A DNA stretch of 64,000 nt from a bacterium. GTDB lineage: Bacteria > Actinomycetota > Acidimicrobiia > Spongiisociales > Spongiisociaceae. Shown in pieces: positions 53,890 to 61,742 of this stretch. Within the stretch, counting starts at the first letter, position 1; every line of letters starts with the position of its first letter. The position numbers and the translations under genes are program-made. The notes beneath the pieces are model-generated. The model was given only the letters and a program-made list of their open reading frames with translations. It was not told where the DNA came from and did not search any database. Location of the stretch: positions 3,149 through 67,148 of the forward strand of contig JAPPGU010000073.1 of NCBI GenBank assembly GCA_028821265.1, in the 5' to 3' direction.

Positions 53890-56235
53890 CTACGGCTCCT
53901 GCTCGCCCGCAGGGGGAGATGCGAGGTGGGCTACCAGGCCGGGGGTGAGAGGGAGGCGGTCGACTATCGGATGACCGGGGAGGGCGTCGGCGACCGCGTT
54001 GGCTATGGCCGCCGGCACGGCGATCATCCCCGATTCCCCCATCCCCTTCACTCCCAATACCGTGTTGGGCGAGGGAGACTCGATGTGACCGATCCGGATG
54101 GTCGGCACCTCGGCGCAAGTGGGGATCAGGTAGTCCATGAGGCTGCTGGTCAGTACCTGTCCATCGGCGCTGTATGCCACTCGTTCCTGCAAGGCGTATC
54201 CCAGGGCCTGTGCCGCGGCGCCGTGAAGTTGGCCCTCCACGATCAACGGGTTGATCACCCGGCCGCAGTCCTCGACAGCGACCAGGTCGACGACCGTGAC
54301 GGAGCCGGTCTCCAGGTCGAGCTCTACCGTGGCCACCACGCAGCCGTTCGAATAGGTGGCGCCAGGGTCGTGGAAGCGTTGCGAGCTGAGCGTCGGCTCG
54401 GGTTCTGCGACGCGCACCGCAGGGTCGAAATAGGCGGCCGCAGCCACGCGCTCCACGGCCATCCCGGCAGACCGGTCACCGGCCACGTGCACGACCCCAT
54501 CACTGATGTCGAGATCCCGTTCGGACGCCTCCAGCAGATGGCCGGCGATCCGCAACAGCTTCGACCGCACGTCCTCGGATGCCAGGACCACCGCTCCGCC
54601 CGTCACGACGGCAGTGCGCGAGGCACGCGTGCCGGCGATGCTCGGTGGGGTGGCGTCGGTGTCGTCACTCCTTACCTCGATGGTCTCCGGGGGGATACCC
54701 AGGGCGGCGGATGCCAGTTGGACCAGTGTCGTCTCGTGGCCCTGGCCCTGGGTGGGTGTCCCGACCGACACCGTGACATGTCCGGTGGAGTCCATGGTGA
54801 CACGAGCGGCATCGTGGGAGGCGAAGACCCAGTGGGACTGGGCCGCGCCGGCGCTTCCCCATCCGTTCGGCTCGACGTACGGGCTGATGCCGATCCCGCG
54901 CCGGCGCGGGTACATGTCGCTTTCCTGCTGCTGACGGAACGAGTGGTAGCAGGCCATCTCCAGGGCCTCGTGCATGGATTCGCGAAACGATCCGCTGTCA
55001 TAGACCATGCCCGTGACGTTGGTGTAGGGCGTCTCCTCCGATCGGATCATATTCATGCGCCGCAGCTCCGCCGGATCCCGTCCTTCCTCACGGGCTATGT
55101 GATCTATGAGCAGCTCGCGGGCGGTGTGGGAGGCGGTCCATCCCACCCCTCGGTACGGGGATGCCGGCGCCTTGTTGGTGAGGACTGCCAGGATCTCGCA
55201 TTCGTAGTGATCGATCCTGTAGAGGCTCGGGACGAGCAGCGCCGACAGATACGGTTCGATGAGCGCGCTGGCGCTGTTGTGGGAGTAGGCGCCGGCGTCC
55301 CCGATGATCCTGGCGCGCATCGTCCGGAATCGGCCGGTTTCGTCGACGCTGATCTCCAGGGACACGATCTGTTCCTTGGCCTGCGGGGCGGCGACCAGAT
55401 TCTCCCGCCGGTCCTCGATCCACCTCACGGGGCGTTCCAGTGCCATCGACGCCAGGGCGACCGCTACCTCCTCCGGCGCCGCAGGGATCTTCTGGCCGAA
55501 GCCTCCCCCGACGTCAGGGACGATCACCCGCACCCTTGACTCGGGGACGCCGGTGCTGACGGCCAGGCGACGGCGTAGCAGGTGATGGCCCTGGGTCGAG
55601 GACCACACCGTCAGCCGCCCCCGGCCGGCGTCGTAGGAGGCCAGGCAGCCGCGTGTCTCCATGGGAACCGCCGTTGCCCGTCCTCCATGGAACTCGGATC
55701 TGTACACCCGGTGGCCCGATGCGGGTTCCTTCGCCGGGGCCCCGAACCTCTTCACCTCGCTGAAGACGACGTTCGAGCCGAGTTCGGGGAAGAGGAGCGG
55801 AGTGCCGCTGCGGGCTGCGGATCGCGCGTCGGTTACGGCAGGAAGCTCCTCGAAGTCGACGAGGACGAGGTCCGCACCGTCCTCGGCGGCGTAGCGGTCT
55901 TCCGCAACGACGAGGGCGACCGGCTCACCGACGTAGCGGACCCGGTCCCCGGCTAGGGGTGGCTGCGGGGTCTTGGAGAGTCCTTCGATGGCTACGGCAT
56001 CCACCAGCGGAGCGTGATCCGGGAGCGTGGCCGCCGTCAGCACGGCTCGAACACTGTCCAGCCTGGCCGCTTCACGCGGATCGACCCCACGCAGGATGGC
56101 ATGTGCGTACGGGGATCGCACGAAGGCTGCGTCGAGAGTCCCCGGGATTCGAAGATCGGCCAGGTACTCGCCCGATCCGGTGAGGAGCCGGGGATCCTCC
56201 CGTCGGGCAAGCGGCACGCCGATCAGGGAAGCCAT
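53890..56235 (-). CDS. Xanthine dehydrogenase family molybdopterin-binding large subunit (orphan; no adjacent FeS/FAD subunits)
   Basis: About 781 aa from ATG 56235 (MASLIGVPLARREDPRLLTGSGEY). GGGFGQK and the overall CoxL/aldehyde-oxidase-like layout. The track ORF extends to 56307. Confidence 0.8.
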   Translation of the reverse strand: MASLIGVPLARREDPRLLTGSGEYLADLRIPGTLDAAFVRSPYAHAILRGVDPREAARLDSVRAVLTAATLPDHAPLVDAVAIEGLSKTPQPPLAGDRVRYVGEPVALVVAEDRYAAEDGADLVLVDFEELPAVTDARSAARSGTPLLFPELGSNVVFSEVKRFGAPAKEPASGHRVYRSEFHGGRATAVPMETRGCLASYDAGRGRLTVWSSTQGHHLLRRRLAVSTGVPESRVRVIVPDVGGGFGQKIPAAPEEVAVALASMALERPVRWIEDRRENLVAAPQAKEQIVSLEISVDETGRFRTMRARIIGDAGAYSHNSASALIEPYLSALLVPSLYRIDHYECEILAVLTNKAPASPYRGVGWTASHTARELLIDHIAREEGRDPAELRRMNMIRSEETPYTNVTGMVYDSGSFRESMHEALEMACYHSFRQQQESDMYPRRRGIGISPYVEPNGWGSAGAAQSHWVFASHDAARVTMDSTGHVTVSVGTPTQGQGHETTLVQLASAALGIPPETIEVRSDDTDATPPSIAGTRASRTAVVTGGAVVLASEDVRSKLLRIAGHLLEASERDLDISDGVVHVAGDRSAGMAVERVAAAAYFDPAVRVAEPEPTLSSQRFHDPGATYSNGCVVATVELDLETGSVTVVDLVAVEDCGRVINPLIVEGQLHGAAAQALGYALQERVAYSADGQVLTSSLMDYLIPTCAEVPTIRIGHIESPSPNTVLGVKGMGESGMIAVPAAIANAVADALPGHPIVDRLPLTPGLVAHLASPPAGEQEP

Positions 56236-56434
56236 TCGAGCACGGTGGCCACCCATCATCGGTGTCCCGGGAAGCCGATCGCTATGCGGAACCGGCGGGG
56301 CCTGCACATCCGTTCAATCCGGAAGGTTCGTGACCGGCGTCGCGGACGAGCGAGACACGGCAAGTTAGATTGCAGGCAGACCATCGTATGAACCCGCGCG
56401 GTGGGTACTCGGCCCCGATCGTACAGGGAGGCAC

Positions 56435-56635
56435 ATGTCCCGGACCCTGATCGCCGGAAGCACCGTGCTGGCGAATGGAGACCTGGGAACCATTACGGAC
56501 GGCGCCCTGCTGATCGAGGACGGGATCATCACCGAAGTGGGCGAGAGGACCCGCCTCGAGGCGCACGGTCCCTTCGAGGCCGAGTTGGGCGGCGCAATCT
56601 GGAATTCGGACAGCCAAAGAACATTTACCGATTAA
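56435..56635 (+). pseudogene. N-terminal relic (about 55 codons) of an amidohydrolase paralogous to 41798..43357
   Basis: MSRTLIAGSTVLANGDLGTITDGALLIEDGIITEVGERTRLEAHGPFE aligns with MSRLLITGDPVVALAGGDRDVIADGALIVEGRHVTAVGQRAELEGRGPFD. Homology stops near 56600, before the HxH metal motif, where the sequence turns AT-rich. Confidence 0.65.
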
Positions 56636-56696
56636 ATCTAAGATAAACTGTTGCATACAGTTAGTAACTAGCAACTACCGACTAGGAACTAGTCAT

Positions 56697-57800
56697 CTAG
56701 TAACGGATCAGGCTCCGGATGCCTTCTCCGATCTCGAACTGGTGGAGCGCCCCGTTGATGTCCTCCTGGTCGATCTCGGCGGTGATCAGTTCGTCCAGCA
56801 GGAGTTTGCCGGCTTGGTACAACTGGACATAGCGGGGGATGTCGAAGGCGGGCCGCAGCGAGCCGTAGTAGCAGCCCAGGAGCTTGCGCTCGTCGATCAG
56901 CAGGCCCATCTCGACGGTGAGCTCGCTCCCGTACGGTGCGACGCCCACCTGCACGGCGGTGCCTCCCCGGCAGAGCGAACGGACCGCGGTGGCCACGGTT
57001 TCGGGATGGCCGATCGCCTCCACCGCCAGGTCCACCCCGAGTCCGCCGGTCATGGCGATCAGGGTCTCGGCCGTCTCCACCTCGGAGGCGTTCACCGTAT
57101 GAGTGGCGCCGAAACGTCGGGCGGCTTCGAGCTTGTGCTCGGCGATGTCGACTCCGATTATCTTCCCGGCGCCCCGCAGCCGCGCTCCCTGGATGGCGTT
57201 GAGTCCGATGCCCCCGCAGCCGATGACGGCGACGCTGTCGCCGAGTTGCACGTTGCCGGTGTTGACGACAGCTCCGACCCCGGTGGAGACGGCACAGCCG
57301 ATCACCGCGAGGGGCTCGAGGGGAACACCGTCCGGGACCGGGATCGCCGCCGAAGCCGGCACGGTCACCTCCCGGGAGTAGGTGGACAACATCATGCTGT
57401 GGCTGATCGTCTCGCCGTTGCTGTCCTTGAACCGGCTGGTCCAGTCTTGCAACCGCCCCTCCCACGAGGGTCCGATCGCGGTCATGCAGAGCGCCGGGCG
57501 TCCCGTGGCGCAGTACCTGCACTTGCCGCACGGCGCAACCCAGGAAAGGACCACGCGGTCGCCGACCTGGACGGTGGAGGGGCCGGGTCCGACGGCGGCC
57601 ACGATGCCGGCTCCCTCGTGGCCGCAGATGAGCGGCAGGTTCACGGGAATGTGACCCTGCACCAGATGCAGATCGCTGTGGCACACGCCGCTCGACACCA
57701 TCCGGACGAGAACCTCGTTGGCCTTGGGTTCTTCCAGTTCGACCTCTTCGACGAGCAGCGGAGTGTTGAACTCGCGCAGAACCGCTGCTCTTGTCCTCAT
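56697..57800 (-). CDS. Zinc-dependent alcohol dehydrogenase (class III / mycothiol-dependent formaldehyde dehydrogenase-like), tandem copy A
   Basis: 367 aa. GVCHSDLH, GHEGAGIV, CGKCRYC, GCGGIG. Confidence 0.85.
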   Translation of the reverse strand: MRTRAAVLREFNTPLLVEEVELEEPKANEVLVRMVSSGVCHSDLHLVQGHIPVNLPLICGHEGAGIVAAVGPGPSTVQVGDRVVLSWVAPCGKCRYCATGRPALCMTAIGPSWEGRLQDWTSRFKDSNGETISHSMMLSTYSREVTVPASAAIPVPDGVPLEPLAVIGCAVSTGVGAVVNTGNVQLGDSVAVIGCGGIGLNAIQGARLRGAGKIIGVDIAEHKLEAARRFGATHTVNASEVETAETLIAMTGGLGVDLAVEAIGHPETVATAVRSLCRGGTAVQVGVAPYGSELTVEMGLLIDERKLLGCYYGSLRPAFDIPRYVQLYQAGKLLLDELITAEIDQEDINGALHQFEIGEGIRSLIRY

Positions 57801-57941
57801 CCGGATCCTCCTTGCACGGAGCGCTGCCTGGGGTGCCCGTCACGCCGCTGCCGTCGCATATCACGCCACCGCTCACCCGACAGACCACCGGTAGCCTTCC
57901 GCAAGCGTAGGCGATGTCACATAGCGAGGGAAGACTCCTGA

Positions 57942-58085
57942 ATGAGATATGGGATCGTCGCCGTCAACTCACTCTTGATCGATGATTCCACCGCCATGCG
58001 CGATATCTGCCCGGCTGTGGAAGACCTCGGCTGCGGCTTCCTGACCCTGATCGATCATGTCCTGCTCGCCGACCCGGCTCGCTAA
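57942..58085 (+). pseudogene. 5' fragment (47 codons) of an LLM-class oxidoreductase gene, duplicated together with the ADH
   Basis: MRYGIVAVNSLLIDDSTAMRDICPAVEDLGCGFLTLIDHVLLA parallels the N-terminus of 59263..60165 (MKYGIGAVNSLLIDDPAAMRDVAQAAEGLGYDFLTLIDHVLLA). It ends at the duplication junction next to the stop of ADH copy B. Confidence 0.7.
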
Positions 58086-59185
58086 AAGCGGACCAGGCTT
58101 CTTATGCCCGCTCCACGGTCGAACTGGTTGAGCGCGTCGTTGATGCCGTCCTGGTCGATCTCGGCGGTGATCAGTTCGTCCAGCAGGAGTTTGCCGGCCT
58201 GGTACAACTGGACATACCGGGGGATGTCGAAGGCGGGCCGCAGCGAGCCGTAGTAGCACCCGAGGAGCTTGCGCTCGTCGAGCAGCAGGGTCATGTCGAC
58301 GGAGACCTCGGTTCCGTATGGCGCTATCCCGACCTGCACGGCCGTGCCCCCCCGGCGAAGCGAACGGACCGCAGTGGCCACGGTCTCGGGATGGCCGATC
58401 GCCTCCACCGCCAGGTCCACCCCGAGTCCGCCGGTCATGGCGATCAGGGTCTCGGCCGTCTCCACCTCGGAGGCGTTCACCGTATGAGTGGCGCCGAAAC
58501 GTCGGGCGGCTTCGAGCTTGTGCTCGGCGATGTCGACTCCGATTATCTTCCCGGCGCCCCGCAGCCGCGCTCCCTGGATGGCGTTGAGTCCGATGCCCCC
58601 GCAGCCGATGACGGCGACGCTGTCGCCGAGTTGCACGTTGCCCGTGTTGACGACAGCTCCGACCCCGGTGGAGACGGCGCATCCGATCACGGCGAGGGGC
58701 TCGAGGGGAACATCGTCCGGGACTGGGATGGCCGCCGAGGCCGGCACGGTCACCTCCCGGGAGTAGGTGGACAGCATCAGGTGGTGGCTGATGGTTGTCC
58801 CGTCGGGGGCTGTGAAGCGGCTCGTTCCGTCGTGGAGTTGGCCCTCGTAGGAGGGTCCGATGGCGGTCATGCACAGGGCCGGGTTTCCTGTGGCGCAATA
58901 GTTGCAGTTGCCGCACGGCGACACCCAGGAGAGGACCACCCGGTCTCCGACCTGTACGGGGGACGGTCCGGGCCCGACCGCGGTCACGATCCCGGCGCCC
59001 TCGTGGCCGCAAATGATCGGCAGGTTCACCGGGATGTGGCCCTGCACGATGTGCAGATCACTGTGGCATACCCCGCTCGACACCATCTCCACCGAGACCT
59101 CGTTGGCCTTGGGTGCTTGCAGCTCGACCTCCTCGACCACCAACGGGGTGTTGAACTCGTGAAGTACCGCCGCTTTCGTTCTCAT
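58082..59185 (-). CDS. Zinc-dependent alcohol dehydrogenase (class III-like), tandem copy B
   Basis: 367 aa, collinear with 56697..57800, with the same motifs. Confidence 0.85.
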   Translation of the reverse strand: MRTKAAVLHEFNTPLVVEEVELQAPKANEVSVEMVSSGVCHSDLHIVQGHIPVNLPIICGHEGAGIVTAVGPGPSPVQVGDRVVLSWVSPCGNCNYCATGNPALCMTAIGPSYEGQLHDGTSRFTAPDGTTISHHLMLSTYSREVTVPASAAIPVPDDVPLEPLAVIGCAVSTGVGAVVNTGNVQLGDSVAVIGCGGIGLNAIQGARLRGAGKIIGVDIAEHKLEAARRFGATHTVNASEVETAETLIAMTGGLGVDLAVEAIGHPETVATAVRSLRRGGTAVQVGIAPYGTEVSVDMTLLLDERKLLGCYYGSLRPAFDIPRYVQLYQAGKLLLDELITAEIDQDGINDALNQFDRGAGIRSLVRF

Positions 59186-59262
59186 TCCCGATCCTCCGTC
59201 TCCAGTGGTATCCGTACCGGAAGGTAGCCTCCTTAAGGCTACGGGATGCGGACTGGAGGAGC

Positions 59263-60165
59263 ATGCGAATGAAGTACGGGATAGGCGCCGTCAACTCACT
59301 TCTCATCGACGATCCCGCCGCCATGCGTGATGTCGCCCAGGCAGCCGAAGGTCTCGGCTACGACTTCCTTACGCTGATCGATCACGTCCTGCTCGCCTAC
59401 TCGGCCGCGGACGGGACACCTCGGGCGCACTACCCGGCCCGGACCCCCTACCACGACATCCTGGTTGCTCTCGGGTATCTAGGGGGTGTCACGACCCGGA
59501 TCGCGCTGCGTTCCGCAGTGGTGATCATGCCTCAGCGGGGTCCAGCGGTCGTCGCCAAGCAGGCGGCCGCTGCGGACAGCCTCTCCGGAGGGCGTCTCGA
59601 GTTGGGGCTCGGGATCGGATGGCACCTGGAGGAATACGACGCCCTGGAGGTTCCCTTCACGGAGCGGGGCAGGCGGATGGACGAGGGCATCGAGTTGATG
59701 AAGCTGCTCTGGACCCGGGACCGGGTCGACTTCGACGGGCGGTTCTACCGGGTGGACGGCATGGGAATGGAGCCGAAGCCGGTGACCCGGCCCCACCCGC
59801 CGCTGTGGTTCGGCGGTACGACCCCGCCCGTGTTCCGGCGGGTGGTGGAGCACGGGGTGGGCTGGCTGTCGAGGCCTGTCCAGACGGTCGAGGAGATCGG
59901 CGCCTGCTGGAAGAAGATCCGGCGTCTCGCCGCCGAGGCGGGTCGGGACGCCGACGCACTCCGACTCCACGTCTCCGTGGGCCTAGGTCCCGAGGAGACC
60001 ACCGAACAGATAGTCGGGAACGTGCGAAGGATGATCTCCGCGGGAGCGACGGATATCTCGTTCTTCACCAGCTACATGCCCGGCATCGAGTCCGCCGGTG
60101 ACCACATCGCTCAGCTGGAGCGGGCCATGTCCGACGTCGTGCCGGGGGTGGACGCCGGGCCGTAG
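59263..60165 (+). CDS. LLM class (luciferase-like, probably F420-dependent) oxidoreductase
   Basis: 300 aa. TIM-barrel luciferase-like pattern (FLTLIDHV, GGRLELGLGIGW, PPLWFGG). An alternative ATG lies at 59269. Confidence 0.7.
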   Translation: MRMKYGIGAVNSLLIDDPAAMRDVAQAAEGLGYDFLTLIDHVLLAYSAADGTPRAHYPARTPYHDILVALGYLGGVTTRIALRSAVVIMPQRGPAVVAKQAAAADSLSGGRLELGLGIGWHLEEYDALEVPFTERGRRMDEGIELMKLLWTRDRVDFDGRFYRVDGMGMEPKPVTRPHPPLWFGGTTPPVFRRVVEHGVGWLSRPVQTVEEIGACWKKIRRLAAEAGRDADALRLHVSVGLGPEETTEQIVGNVRRMISAGATDISFFTSYMPGIESAGDHIAQLERAMSDVVPGVDAGP

Positions 60166-61742
60166 CCGCCTCCACCGCTGGTCTCCACCCTGATGATCGA
60201 CCCGGGTTCCAGAGAGGAGGACGTCTTCGAGGCTGTCGATACGACCTGCCCATCGGGCCCGAGGATCGTCACCCTGGTGGGGCGGGCGTCATCGCCCCCG
60301 CCCACCCCCTCCGGCCGGTGCTCCTCGATGGCCTGCTCGCAGTAGAGGGTGGCGATCTGGGGGACGTCGAGGATCTGGTACTCGCGACAGATCCCCAGGC
60401 CGCCGGACAGCAGGCCCTCTCCGGACGAGTCCTCGACGAGTTCGCTCTTGAGTATCCGGACCGAGTACTCGGTCTCGGCCACCTCGACCGGTAGCAGCGC
60501 CACGTTGGACATGTAGGTGTCCACCCCGTCGATTCCCCTTCCGTGGTCATGCGCGCCCGTCCCGCCGCCCACCACCTCCATGAGGACCGCGGTCTCGCCG
60601 GTCTGGGGGGAAATGCTGCCGATCTGCAAGCCGAAGAACGTGACGCTGCTGCTGGCCACCGCCCGGGCCGGCCACAGATCGGAGGCCGCCCGGATGAGGG
60701 TGTCGGCGACCACCTGGCAGGTGTTGTGCCGCACGGAGACGGCCGCGGGGAACCGCGGATTCAGGATGGTTCCCGACGGGCACGTGATGGTGACGGGCGC
60801 CAGCAAGCCGTCGTTGGAGGGAATGTCGAGGCCGACCATGGTGCGGACCAGGTAGGCCACGCATGCCCGGGTGCTTGCCCACGGCACGTTGAGCGCGCCG
60901 TCCACCTGGGGGGACGAGCCGGTGAAATCCACATGCAGCGCCCGGCGGGTCTTGGCGAGCCGGACGCGGATCGGTACGGGGGCGCTGCCGAGTCCGTCGT
61001 CGTCGAGATGGCCGGTGCGGACGGCTTCCCCGTCCTCGAGGTCGGACAGGGCGGCGGCGGTCTGGCGGGCGGTCCGGTCGAGGATCGCGGTGAACGCAGC
61101 GCCGACCTGGTCGGATCCGTACCGTGCCATAGTGCGCAGCAGGGCCCTCACCCCTGTGAGACAGGAGGCGTGTTGGGCCCGCAGGTCGGCCACCAGCCCC
61201 CGGGGTTCCCGCACGTTGGCGGCGATCATCCGGAACAGGTCCCGGTTCTCCTTGCCCCCTTGGTAGAGCTTGATGGGCGGGAAGATCAGACCCTCGGCGA
61301 ACAACTCCCGGTGGTGGGGCGCCAGGGTGCCGGGTGTGGGTCCGCCCAGGTCGACATGGTGGGCGGTCGACCCGGTCCATCCCACCACCTTGCCGTCGGA
61401 GAAAACGGGCATGACCAGGTTCAGGTCCGGCGTATGCATGCATCCCATGTACGGATGGTTGAGGAGGAAGGCGTCTCCCGGCTGCACGTCACCAGGGTCC
61501 GGATACTCAGCTCTGCAGGTCTGGACGGCCAGCGACATCGCCCCCAACTGGGCGGGAATCCGCTCGTCCTGGGCCACCGATTCGCCTCCGGGCGCGAAGA
61601 TCGCGCAGCTGAAGTCCTCCATCTCCCTGATGATGGGGCTGTGGCTGGACCGCTTGAGGATCATCGCCATCTCGCGAGCGGCGTGGCGGAGCCGGCTGTG
61701 AATCAACTCGTAGGTGACCGGATCGAGGTCTTTCCTAGGCAT
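60111..61742 (-). CDS. Hydantoinase B / oxoprolinase family protein (third paralog)
   Basis: 543 aa. DPVTYELIHSRLRHAAREM, LLNHPYMGCMHTPDLNLVMPVF, ETSGGGGYG. The 3' end overlaps the convergent LLM gene by 55 nt. Confidence 0.85.
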   Translation of the reverse strand: MPRKDLDPVTYELIHSRLRHAAREMAMILKRSSHSPIIREMEDFSCAIFAPGGESVAQDERIPAQLGAMSLAVQTCRAEYPDPGDVQPGDAFLLNHPYMGCMHTPDLNLVMPVFSDGKVVGWTGSTAHHVDLGGPTPGTLAPHHRELFAEGLIFPPIKLYQGGKENRDLFRMIAANVREPRGLVADLRAQHASCLTGVRALLRTMARYGSDQVGAAFTAILDRTARQTAAALSDLEDGEAVRTGHLDDDGLGSAPVPIRVRLAKTRRALHVDFTGSSPQVDGALNVPWASTRACVAYLVRTMVGLDIPSNDGLLAPVTITCPSGTILNPRFPAAVSVRHNTCQVVADTLIRAASDLWPARAVASSSVTFFGLQIGSISPQTGETAVLMEVVGGGTGAHDHGRGIDGVDTYMSNVALLPVEVAETEYSVRILKSELVEDSSGEGLLSGGLGICREYQILDVPQIATLYCEQAIEEHRPEGVGGGDDARPTRVTILGPDGQVVSTASKTSSSLEPGSIIRVETSGGGGYGPASTPGTTSDMARSS

